Position numbers and translations under genes: made by a program | In this document: one piece after another, positions 21,653-30,262 of the stretch | Layout of the letters: each line of letters starts with the position of its first letter | Numbering within the stretch: position 1 is the first letter of the stretch | Origin: Flavobacteriales bacterium | GTDB taxonomy: Bacteria > Bacteroidota > Bacteroidia > Flavobacteriales > Flavobacteriaceae | Assembly (NCBI GenBank): GCA_038316335.1 | Contig: JBBQAM010000001.1 | Coordinates: 82,247 to 146,246 of the forward strand | DNA: 64,000 nucleotides | Reading direction: 5' to 3' | Notes under the pieces: model-generated | What the model saw: the letters and a program-made list of their open reading frames with translations, nothing else | What the model was told of the DNA's origin: nothing | The model's database searches: none

Positions 21653-23209
21653 ATGGCATCAGGAAAAGCAACGCCAAGGCAGAAGATGATCAACTTAATG
21701 TATTTGATCTTCATCGCAATGTTGGCCTTAAATATGAGTAAGGAAGTGCTAGCGGCATTCGGTCTTATGAACGAAAAGCTAGAGACTTCGAATGAAAAGA
21801 CGTCAGAAAGTAACCTAGCTTTCTTGAGCGGTCTAGAGACAAAAGCATCGGAGAATGCCGAGAAATTCGGACCATTGTACCAGAATGCCCAGAAGATAAA
21901 GGAATTGTCCAAAGCGTATTATGATTATTTGGAAGGATTGAAGACTGAAATGGTAAAAGACGTCGAAGATCCCAAGGATTATGTGGTAATGGACAAATCA
22001 GACTATTTAGACGGTAAATTATTTCAAGGAGACAATCTAGCCGAAGGTGGCAAGGAATTCTTGAAAAGAATCACTGATTATCGCACCCAAGTGGCCGCCA
22101 TCGTACCGGCTGACATTAAAGAATCGGTACTTTCCCGATTTGAAACAGGGGATGCCAAAGGTAAAGTTGAAAATCGCAGTGGTGAAAAAGTGGATTGGAT
22201 CAATTATCATTACGAAGGATTTCCTTTAGTGGCTTCGTTGACCAAACTTACGGCAATTCAAGCTGATATCAAGGCAACCGAAGAAGATGCCTTAAAATCG
22301 ATGTTGGCCGGGCAATTGAACAGCGAAGTGTCGATGACCAATTATACCACCTTGTTGCAACAGGAAAAATCAGCCTTTTATGCTGGTGAGAAATTTTCCG
22401 GTAGCATTGTGTTGGGACGTACCGATAATTCTACAAAACCAGATAGGGCCGATTTGACCTTGGATGGTAGAAAATTATCCGACTCGGATTATAAATTCGA
22501 AGGCGGTGGTGTCAAGTTATTGGTAAGCGCTGGTAACCCTGGCGATCATAAAATAGAAGGTAAGCTGATTTTTAAGCAGGACGGTGAGGAAATAGAAGTT
22601 CCTGTATCTTCTACCTTTGCAACGATCAGTAAGCCAAATGCGGCCTTGATCGCTGCTGACAAGATGAACGTGGTGTATCGTGGGGTGGCAAACCCAATGT
22701 CGATATCGATTCCTGGAATCCCAAACAATAAGGTAAGCGCATCTGCACCTGGTTTAAAAGCCATAAGCGGTAGTCAATACGTTATGAATCCTGGAACAGG
22801 AAGAACCGTTACGATTACGGCCTCTGGAAAGTTGCCTGATGGACAAACGGTTTCCTCTAAATCCGAATTTAGGATCAAGGATATTCCAAGACCAGAAGGG
22901 TCGGTTAGCAAGCAGACGGGTAGTGTCAAAATGCCAAAGGCCAATCTGGAGATTGCCACCATTGGTGCCATGCTTGAAGATTTTGATTTTGACTTGAACC
23001 TTGCGGTAAGTGGATTCAAATTGAAGGTTCCTGGACAGCCTACAGTTGCCGTAAGCGGTGACAAGTTGGATTCCCGTGCGAAAGCAGCCTTGAAAAGGGC
23101 CGGAAGGGGTGATGCAGTTCAGATATTCGATGTCGAAGCCTATATTACCAACAATAAAACCTACAAGTTAAAAAAGGTATCTCCTGTAGTAGTGGAGATT
23201 ACAAACTAA
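21653..23209 (+). CDS. gldM: Gliding motility / T9SS protein GldM
   Basis: 518 aa. N-terminus PRQKMINLMYLIFIAMLALNMSKEVL is characteristic of GldM. It has a single TM helix and a long periplasmic part. Confidence 0.9.
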   Translation: MASGKATPRQKMINLMYLIFIAMLALNMSKEVLAAFGLMNEKLETSNEKTSESNLAFLSGLETKASENAEKFGPLYQNAQKIKELSKAYYDYLEGLKTEMVKDVEDPKDYVVMDKSDYLDGKLFQGDNLAEGGKEFLKRITDYRTQVAAIVPADIKESVLSRFETGDAKGKVENRSGEKVDWINYHYEGFPLVASLTKLTAIQADIKATEEDALKSMLAGQLNSEVSMTNYTTLLQQEKSAFYAGEKFSGSIVLGRTDNSTKPDRADLTLDGRKLSDSDYKFEGGGVKLLVSAGNPGDHKIEGKLIFKQDGEEIEVPVSSTFATISKPNAALIAADKMNVVYRGVANPMSISIPGIPNNKVSASAPGLKAISGSQYVMNPGTGRTVTITASGKLPDGQTVSSKSEFRIKDIPRPEGSVSKQTGSVKMPKANLEIATIGAMLEDFDFDLNLAVSGFKLKVPGQPTVAVSGDKLDSRAKAALKRAGRGDAVQIFDVEAYITNNKTYKLKKVSPVVVEITN

Positions 23210-23268
23210 ATACTAAATGTAAACCGGGTTGCCTTTTTGCAACCCGGTAATTTTAAATTGTAACAAAC

Positions 23269-24171
23269 ATGAATTGGAAGAATGTTTTAATAATCACGGC
23301 AGTTAGTGTGCTACCGGTATCCATATTGGCCCAGGCAAACATCTTGAATGCCAAAAAGCCCCAGGAAATCGGCATTAAGACCGAAGCGCAAATCGCGTTG
23401 GATAATGATGCCCCTTTGGAATATGGTTATGTTGATGATAGGGATATTTTGTGGTCCAAGACCGTGTGGGAAATCATCGATCTTGACGAACGCGTAAACT
23501 TCCCATTGTATTACCCAACTGATACGATCGATATCGGTCCCGATAGACGTTCCTTATATGATGTTTTAATAAAAAACATCAAAAATGGAAATTTAAAGGA
23601 TGTGTATGCAGATTCATATTTCACCGACAAAAGGGTATTTAGTGATTTGAGCGCCACCCTTCAAAAAATCGACACAACCGATTATGGGTATGAGCAGATA
23701 AATGCCGGGGAAGCACTTTCCCCTGAATATGTAATGCGAAGAGACCTTACTGCGGCCGACATCGAGGAATACCATATCAAAGGTATCTGGTATTTCGATA
23801 AGCGCCAAGGAGAACTTAAATACCGATTATTGGGTATCGCCCCAGTAGCTCCCGATGTGAACTTTATCGACGATGAATCAATCGATCAAGCTGAGAATAA
23901 AGTGGAACTTTTCTGGGTATGGTATCCCGATGTTCGTGACATCCTACACAAAGCAAAGGTTTTTAACCAACGCAATACGGCCCAGCCCATTTCATTTGAT
24001 ATGTTATTGAACGCCCGAAGATTCGGTGCCGTCATTTATCGTGAAGATAATATTCAGGGTGACCGCAATGTGGACGATTATATTGCAGATAATGCCTTGT
24101 TCCAGTTATTGGAGTCGAATCGCATCAAAGAGGTGATCCGCGATAGGGAACAGGATATGTGGGCCTATTAA
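23269..24171 (+). CDS. gldN: Gliding motility / T9SS protein GldN
   Basis: 300 aa with a signal peptide. Last gene of the gldKLMN order, followed by a strong terminator. Confidence 0.88.
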   Translation: MNWKNVLIITAVSVLPVSILAQANILNAKKPQEIGIKTEAQIALDNDAPLEYGYVDDRDILWSKTVWEIIDLDERVNFPLYYPTDTIDIGPDRRSLYDVLIKNIKNGNLKDVYADSYFTDKRVFSDLSATLQKIDTTDYGYEQINAGEALSPEYVMRRDLTAADIEEYHIKGIWYFDKRQGELKYRLLGIAPVAPDVNFIDDESIDQAENKVELFWVWYPDVRDILHKAKVFNQRNTAQPISFDMLLNARRFGAVIYREDNIQGDRNVDDYIADNALFQLLESNRIKEVIRDREQDMWAY

Positions 24172-24200
24172 AAGCAAGAGTATTCCAATTCAATATGATA

Positions 24201-24233
24201 AAAAACCCAGGCCGAAAGGTCTGGGTTTTTTTT
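24201..24233 (+). terminator. Rho-independent terminator after gldN
   Basis: AACCCAGGCC-GAAA-GGTCTGGGTT hairpin followed by TTTTTTTT. Confidence 0.85.
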
Positions 24234-24399
24234 ATGGTATCAAGGGGCATAACGCCCGCTCTTGCTAAATATAGGGTTCCTGAAATGAATGGAACGGCGA
24301 TCTTCAATTGGGCCGGTAGCCTTTGTTTTGGTCCTAATCAATTCGATGTGCGTTCTTAATACACCACGCAATGATGGTAACAATTCCTACCTTTGCACC

Positions 24400-25455
24400 A
24401 TGTATGATTATCTCATTGTAGGGCTCGGCCTTGGAGGTATTGCCTTTTGTGAGACCTTGGAAAGGAATGGGAAAACCTTCAAGGTTATTAGCGATGGCTC
24501 GCAGACCTCCTCTAAAGTAGCCGGAGGCATGTATAACCCGGTAATTCTTAAGCGTTTTACTTTGGCGTCGATGGCCGAGGAACAGTTAGGACGCGCGTTG
24601 CCCTTTTATCAGGAATTGGAGCGAAGGCATGCCATTAAAATTGATCATAAAGTTCCTGTACTTCGACGTTTTGCTTCGATAGGGGAACAGAATGCTTGGT
24701 TTGAGGCCGCCGATAGGCCAGGGCTCTCCAAATTTCTTTCTACAAAGATACTAGCCAATCGGAATGCTGCAATTAATGCTCCTTTTGGATATGGCCAGGT
24801 ATTGCACACAGGGAGGATCGATACCTTAAGATTATGTGATCTTTTCAACAAGGAACTTTTGGAAAAGGAGTTGCTCCAACAAGAGACCTTTGACTACACC
24901 CAATTAAAACATCATCCCGAAGGCATAGAATATGGGGGCATTCAAGCGAGGCACCTTGTTTTTGCAGAGGGGTTCGGACTGCGACAAAACCCGTATTTCA
25001 AATATCTTCCCTTGAGTGGGACAAAAGGCGAATTGTTAACCATCAAAGCTCCTGAACTTAGGGAAAGCAATGTCATTAAATCATCGGTGTTCATTATTCC
25101 TTTGGGCGAAGACCTGTATCGTGTCGGTGCTACCTACGGCTGGAATGATGCCACCAATACGCCCACAGGGCAAGCAAGACAGGAACTTTTGCAGAAATTG
25201 AATTCCTTCCTTGCATGTGATTATGAAGTAATAGACCATGTCGCCGGAATTCGGCCTACGGTTATAGATAGATCGCCCCTTGTAGGTAGGCATCCACAAG
25301 ACTACAATCTGTATGTCCTAAACGGATTCGGATCCAGAGGGGTAATGGTGGCTCCATTTGCGGCTGAGCAACTGTTTCAGTTCATCGAAAACAAAAAACC
25401 CATTTCCCTTTTGATCGATTGTAAACGATTTACAAAAAAGTACTATGGGATTTGA
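24400..25455 (+). CDS. FAD-dependent oxidoreductase (DAO family)
   Basis: ORF 24289-25455. ATG at 24400 puts the Rossmann motif YDYLIVGLGLGG at residues 2-13. TACCTTTG (24388-24395) lies 4 nt upstream of that ATG. Confidence 0.8.
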   Translation: MYDYLIVGLGLGGIAFCETLERNGKTFKVISDGSQTSSKVAGGMYNPVILKRFTLASMAEEQLGRALPFYQELERRHAIKIDHKVPVLRRFASIGEQNAWFEAADRPGLSKFLSTKILANRNAAINAPFGYGQVLHTGRIDTLRLCDLFNKELLEKELLQQETFDYTQLKHHPEGIEYGGIQARHLVFAEGFGLRQNPYFKYLPLSGTKGELLTIKAPELRESNVIKSSVFIIPLGEDLYRVGATYGWNDATNTPTGQARQELLQKLNSFLACDYEVIDHVAGIRPTVIDRSPLVGRHPQDYNLYVLNGFGSRGVMVAPFAAEQLFQFIENKKPISLLIDCKRFTKKYYGI

Positions 25456-25835
25456 TGCTGGGAGGCTTTAGGGTCAAAATGGACGAAAAAATTGATCCAG
25501 ATGTTTCTGGAAAGGCGAATGATAAAAGGTAAAAAAACCACCAAAGTCAGAACGATGGCGGTAAAGGTGACTTTCAATGAACTTCCAATGAACAAATAGG
25601 CAATGATAAAGGCCGCTACCGCGAAAGCAATGCCTACCCCATAACTAACATACATGGCCCCATAAAAAAAGGAGGGTTCAATTTTATATTTGGTATTACA
25701 ATGGGAACATCGCTCGTGCATTTTGAATAGATTGCCCAAATTATAGGGGTTTTTATCTAAATACATGCTCTCTTCATGGCATTTAGGACAAGTTCCTGTT
25801 AAAATGCTGTAGAGTTTGTTTCCTTTTTTTAACAT
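25443..25835 (-). CDS. DUF983-like small membrane zinc-ribbon protein
   Basis: Internal ATG (25835) of ORF 25443-26117 gives MLKKGNKLYSILTGTCPKCHEE...CSHCNTKY followed by two TM helices. The upstream part of the ORF is antisense to the ABC-F gene. Confidence 0.7.
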   Translation of the reverse strand: MLKKGNKLYSILTGTCPKCHEESMYLDKNPYNLGNLFKMHERCSHCNTKYKIEPSFFYGAMYVSYGVGIAFAVAAFIIAYLFIGSSLKVTFTAIVLTLVVFLPFIIRLSRNIWINFFVHFDPKASQHQIP

Positions 25836-25899
25836 TTGCAGATATTTTTCGCAAAAGTAGCCTTTTGCGCACGTACTGAATGTAACAATCATAACAAAA

Positions 25900-27816
25900 A
25901 TGCTGAATATCCACAACCTTTCCGTTTCTTTTGGAGGGGAATATTTGTTCGAGGAAATATCTTTTAGGTTGAATGGCGGGGACCGCGTCGGACTTATAGG
26001 CAAGAACGGGGCTGGGAAATCGACGCTGTTGAAACTTTTGTCGCGGGATATGCCCATAGACTCTGGGACCATTGCTACTGAAAAGGACCTAAAAATTGGA
26101 TTTCTTCGACAAGACATCGACTTTGAGCAAGGTAGGACCGTAGTCCAGGAAGCGCATCAAGCCTTTGAGGAAATCAAAGGACTGGAGTTGCGGCTTGACC
26201 ATATAAATCATCAGCTGGCAGAGCGCACCGATTACGAAAGCGAGGGGTACCATCAACTGATGGTTGACCTGAACGACGTCACCCATCATTATGAGATCCT
26301 TGGGGGCTATAACTACCAAGGTGAGACCGAAAAGATACTCTTGGGACTTGGCTTCAAAAGGACGGACTTCGATAAAAATACGGATACGTTTTCCGGGGGG
26401 TGGCGCATGCGGATCGAATTGGCCAAACTCTTACTTCAGAGCAATGATGTATTGCTTTTGGATGAGCCTACGAACCATCTTGATATTGAATCAATTATCT
26501 GGTTGGAGCAATTTCTTAAGAATTATTCAGGGGCTGTCGTAATCGTTTCACACGATAAAATGTTTTTAGACAATGTAACCAATAGAACCATAGAAATTTC
26601 CTTGGGCCGGATCTATGACTACAATAAGCCCTATTCACAGTTTTTGAAATTACGGGCAGAAATCAAGGGGCAACAACTAAATGCACAAAAAAACCAGGAA
26701 AAGGAGATTCAACAGGCAGAACGCCTCATTGAAAAATTCAGGGCGAAAAGCACCAAGGCATCTATGGCCCAGTCCTTGATCAAAAAGCTGGACAAAATTG
26801 AACGGATCGAAGTCGATGAAGATGATAATAGTGTAATGAATCTTCGCTTTCCTATATCGGTAAATCCCGGAAAAGTGGTTTGTGTAATAGAAGGGCTTTC
26901 AAAAAGTTATGGTGACAACCATGTTTTGGATGACATAGACCTCCTGATCGAACGTGAAAGTAAAATCGCATTTGTAGGTCAGAATGGCCAAGGGAAATCT
27001 ACCCTTGCAAAGATAACGGTAGGTGAATTGAACTACAAAGGGCATTTGAAGTTGGGCCATAATGTTCAGATTGGTTATTTTGCCCAAAATCAAGCGGAAT
27101 ATCTTGATGGTTCAAAGACCGTTTTAGATACCATGATCGATGCGGCCAACGAAAAAAACCGAAGTAAGGTTCGGGATATTTTAGGGTCTTTTCTCTTTCG
27201 GGGAGATGAGGTCGAAAAGTATGTAAAGGTGCTCTCGGGAGGTGAGCGAAACCGATTGGCCCTCGCCAAAATGTTACTTCAGCCATTTAATGTCCTCGTG
27301 ATGGACGAACCGACCAACCATCTCGATATCAAATCAAAAAATGTCTTGAAACAGGCACTGCAAAGCTTTGAGGGAACCTTGATCCTGGTATCGCATGACC
27401 GGGATTTCTTACAAGGCCTGACCAATAAAGTGTATGAGTTCAAGGATCAAAAGATCAAGGAATATCTTGGGGATATCGATTATTATCTTGAACAACGCAA
27501 GGTGACCGATTTCAGGGCAATTGAAAAAAAGGAGGACCGGCCTAAAACGAAAGTACAAGCTACGGCCGAAAAGGCTCCCCGACCAGATCAAAAAAAGGTA
27601 AAGACCCTCAAGAACCAACTCGGAACCCTTGAAAGTGAAATAGCCGGCCTTGAAAAACAACTGGCCGATATTGATCATAAGTTGCGAATAGAATACACTG
27701 CAACTATTGCCAAGCCAAATTTTTTTGATACCTATCAGGATAAGAAAAGAAATTTAGAGAAGTTGATGAAAAATTGGGAAGAAGTCACGATCGAACTTGA
27801 AAAACTTACAGGGTAG
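25900..27816 (+). CDS. ABC-F family ATPase (two ABC domains, C-terminal coiled coil)
   Basis: Walker A GKNGAGKST and GQNGQGKST, signatures FSGGWRMR and LSGGERNR. No TM domain. Confidence 0.92.
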   Translation: MLNIHNLSVSFGGEYLFEEISFRLNGGDRVGLIGKNGAGKSTLLKLLSRDMPIDSGTIATEKDLKIGFLRQDIDFEQGRTVVQEAHQAFEEIKGLELRLDHINHQLAERTDYESEGYHQLMVDLNDVTHHYEILGGYNYQGETEKILLGLGFKRTDFDKNTDTFSGGWRMRIELAKLLLQSNDVLLLDEPTNHLDIESIIWLEQFLKNYSGAVVIVSHDKMFLDNVTNRTIEISLGRIYDYNKPYSQFLKLRAEIKGQQLNAQKNQEKEIQQAERLIEKFRAKSTKASMAQSLIKKLDKIERIEVDEDDNSVMNLRFPISVNPGKVVCVIEGLSKSYGDNHVLDDIDLLIERESKIAFVGQNGQGKSTLAKITVGELNYKGHLKLGHNVQIGYFAQNQAEYLDGSKTVLDTMIDAANEKNRSKVRDILGSFLFRGDEVEKYVKVLSGGERNRLALAKMLLQPFNVLVMDEPTNHLDIKSKNVLKQALQSFEGTLILVSHDRDFLQGLTNKVYEFKDQKIKEYLGDIDYYLEQRKVTDFRAIEKKEDRPKTKVQATAEKAPRPDQKKVKTLKNQLGTLESEIAGLEKQLADIDHKLRIEYTATIAKPNFFDTYQDKKRNLEKLMKNWEEVTIELEKLTG

Positions 27817-27989
27817 TAACAAAAATTGAAATAAAATTCCTACACCACATAATTTTTATGTTTTACAACAAATATGGGCGTTTCATCGTAAATATTTGAA
27901 TATCACGGATAATATTACGTAATTTGTAGGGTAAATCTTAAAGAACTGGGTTTATTACAATCGAACGATTGAATTCTCAAAACATTTCT

Positions 27990-28883
27990 ATGAAAAAGGT
28001 GCGTTGTATTTTACTTTTATCTGTGATGGCCTTTGGCTTTCTTCAGGCAAAAGTTCCGAAGGCCGAAAGGCAAGCGTTGCTAGATTTATATACAAATACC
28101 AATGGGAATCATTGGATAAAAAAGTGGGACTTGACAACTCCCATCGCTACTTGGTATGGGGTTAAAGTGCAGAATGATCATGTAGTTGAGATCAATCTGT
28201 TCCGAAATAACCTAATGGGTCCTTTGCCCGAAAGCCTGAATAAATTGACCCATTTGACCGCCTTGAACCTCGCATTCAACAATCTGACCGGTGAGATTCC
28301 TGAAAGTATTGTACTGTTGGGCAACCTCAAGATCTTAAAATTGGAAATGAACCGTATAAAAGGGACGCTTCCTGCTAATATAGGTCAGATGGCTAGCCTT
28401 GAGGAAATGAGTTTGTTTAATAACTTTCTAACGGGGAATATTCCTGAAAGTATTGGGAATTTGACACATCTTAAAATATTGAATCTTTCGAGTAATACTA
28501 TTAAGGGCGAGATTCCAATCAGTCTTGGAAAACTAACCCAATTAGAAAGCCTTGGACTTTTCGAAAATGGGTTGGAAGGTGTTATTCCCTCCGAAATAGG
28601 AAATCTGGTGAAAATGAAGGAACTGGTCCTGGCGAATAATCAATTGGGAGGTGAAATTCCGGCCGAATTCGCGCAGTTGGCAAGTTTAAGGATTATGCAG
28701 ATCCAGAATAACAAGTTTGATTCCTTTAAAAATTTACAAATGATGGATTCAAGGGAGTTTCTGGTTTTTGATTATGATGACGGCAATCTTAAAAAGGACT
28801 TCAAGGATTTGAAGTTTAGTAAGACGCGAATGGCGGATACTAAATTTGAGGATGATGATACGAATGATAATGATAATGAGTAG
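27990..28883 (+). CDS. Secreted leucine-rich-repeat protein with plant-type 24-residue LRRs
   Basis: ORF 27969 starts at TTG; ATG at 27990 is preferred. After the signal peptide comes an LRRNT-like cap (ERQALLDLYTNTNGNHW...WYGV), then 7-8 repeats of LxxLxLxxNxLxGxIPxxIGxL, then an acidic tail DDDTNDNDNE. Confidence 0.85.
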   Translation: MKKVRCILLLSVMAFGFLQAKVPKAERQALLDLYTNTNGNHWIKKWDLTTPIATWYGVKVQNDHVVEINLFRNNLMGPLPESLNKLTHLTALNLAFNNLTGEIPESIVLLGNLKILKLEMNRIKGTLPANIGQMASLEEMSLFNNFLTGNIPESIGNLTHLKILNLSSNTIKGEIPISLGKLTQLESLGLFENGLEGVIPSEIGNLVKMKELVLANNQLGGEIPAEFAQLASLRIMQIQNNKFDSFKNLQMMDSREFLVFDYDDGNLKKDFKDLKFSKTRMADTKFEDDDTNDNDNE

Positions 28884-28920
28884 TTGATATAGTTGATCAT
28901 AATTTTAGTTAGTTTGGTTA

Positions 28921-28947
28921 AAGGGGATGCTAATTGCATCCCCTTTT
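28921..28947 (+). terminator. Rho-independent terminator after the LRR gene
   Basis: GGGGATGC (28923-28930) / GCATCCCC (28936-28943), then TTTT. Confidence 0.8.
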
Positions 28948-29024
28948 CTATAAATGCGATGAAATATCATTACAAATTTTAATGGCAACGACTAATTCAA
29001 TAATAATCGAATGGGTTATTTGCG

Positions 29025-29056
29025 ATTATCTTAATATGCATAACTTTTAAGATAAT
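29025..29056 (+). promoter_or_regulatory. Inverted repeat upstream of the RND efflux operon (candidate operator)
   Basis: ATTATCTTAA (29025-29034) and TTAAGATAAT (29047-29056) are perfect 10-bp inverted arms. The 12-nt spacer contains the palindrome TATGCATA. The repeat lies 74-105 nt upstream of ATG 29130. Confidence 0.35.
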
Positions 29057-29129
29057 TTTAACTATTGCCGCTTAAACTAAAGGATAATTTAGCCATCTAA
29101 CTTCGAGCCATTAATTCTATCCTTCCTAA

Positions 29130-30248
29130 ATGAATACTAGAAAAATAATCTTGTCAGTACTTGGCATTGTATTGATCATTGTCTCTATTTATGGGGCAAT
29201 TGCCATCGTAAATAGTAAGAACACCCCCAAGCCCAGACCCGAAAAAGTGATAAAGACCGTATTTGTCGAGACGGTTAAAAACGGCGTGGTGCCTATTGTT
29301 GTCCCAGCCAATGGCAACCTAATGGCCAAACAACGCGTGGAACTGTATTCGGAGGTTCAGGGAGTATTCAGAAACGGCACCAAATTGTTCAAGGCAGGAC
29401 AGCAATATAAGGCCGGCGAAGTTATTATACGTATTGATGCTTCAGAATATTCGGCCAGTGTTCAATCGGCCAAAAGCAACCTGTATAATCTATTGACCTC
29501 TATCATGCCTGACTTGCGATTAGACTACCCTGAGATCTTTGGGAAGTGGGAAGGCTATCTTAATGGCTTTGATATGGAAACCAGTACGCCTCCATTGCCT
29601 GAAATGACGTCAGAAAAGGAAAAATATTTTATATCTGGTCGCGGCATTCTGACGAGTTATTACAATTTAAGGAATTTAGAACAGCGACTTTCAAAGTACC
29701 GAATCTTAGCACCGTTTAGCGGGATTTTGACCGAGGCCTTGGTTACCGAGGGAACCTTGATACGATCGGGCCAAAAACTAGGTGAGTTTATAAATCCGGA
29801 TGTTTATGAACTCGAAGTGGCAATTAGTAAATCGTATAGTGATCTTTTAAAATTAGGCGAATCGGTCAAATTGACTAACCTGGACGACACGAAGACGTTT
29901 GAAGGCAAAGTTGCCCGAATCAATGGCAATGTGGATTTGGCCTCCCAAACAATCAAGGCATTTATTGAAGTAACGGATAAATCATTGAAAGAAGGCATGT
30001 ATTTAGAAGCACAACTCAATGCCAAACAAGAAACCGATGCGATCGAAGTAGATCGTGGGCTGCTATTAGAAAATGATAGGATCTTCGTAGTTCGTGATTC
30101 TATTTTAGACGTAATAGATGTGAAACCGGTGTATTTTTCGGATAAAAGAGTAGTGCTTAAAGATGTGCCTGAAGGGATAACCATTGTTTCCAAACCAATA
30201 GTTGGCGCCTACACGGGGATGCTGGTCAAGCAATATAAAGGTCAATAA
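29130..30248 (+). CDS. Efflux RND transporter periplasmic adaptor subunit (HlyD/MFP family)
   Basis: 372 aa with an N-terminal TM anchor and barrel-sandwich/lipoyl-like motifs. It lies directly upstream of an RND permease. Confidence 0.85.
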   Translation: MNTRKIILSVLGIVLIIVSIYGAIAIVNSKNTPKPRPEKVIKTVFVETVKNGVVPIVVPANGNLMAKQRVELYSEVQGVFRNGTKLFKAGQQYKAGEVIIRIDASEYSASVQSAKSNLYNLLTSIMPDLRLDYPEIFGKWEGYLNGFDMETSTPPLPEMTSEKEKYFISGRGILTSYYNLRNLEQRLSKYRILAPFSGILTEALVTEGTLIRSGQKLGEFINPDVYELEVAISKSYSDLLKLGESVKLTNLDDTKTFEGKVARINGNVDLASQTIKAFIEVTDKSLKEGMYLEAQLNAKQETDAIEVDRGLLLENDRIFVVRDSILDVIDVKPVYFSDKRVVLKDVPEGITIVSKPIVGAYTGMLVKQYKGQ

Positions 30249-30262
30249 TAAAGATACCAACC

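Noticed and set aside
24289-24399. The upstream start (24289) of the FAD oxidoreductase ORF
   Set aside because: The extension is featureless and precedes the Rossmann motif, which normally sits at the extreme N-terminus. The extension also overlaps a perfect -7 box.
25836-26117. The N-terminal 94 residues of ORF 25443-26117 (224 aa)
   Set aside because: This part runs antisense across the promoter and first 218 nt of the well-supported ABC-F gene. It has no recognisable features. The DUF983-like zinc-ribbon/TM protein begins at the internal ATG at 25835.
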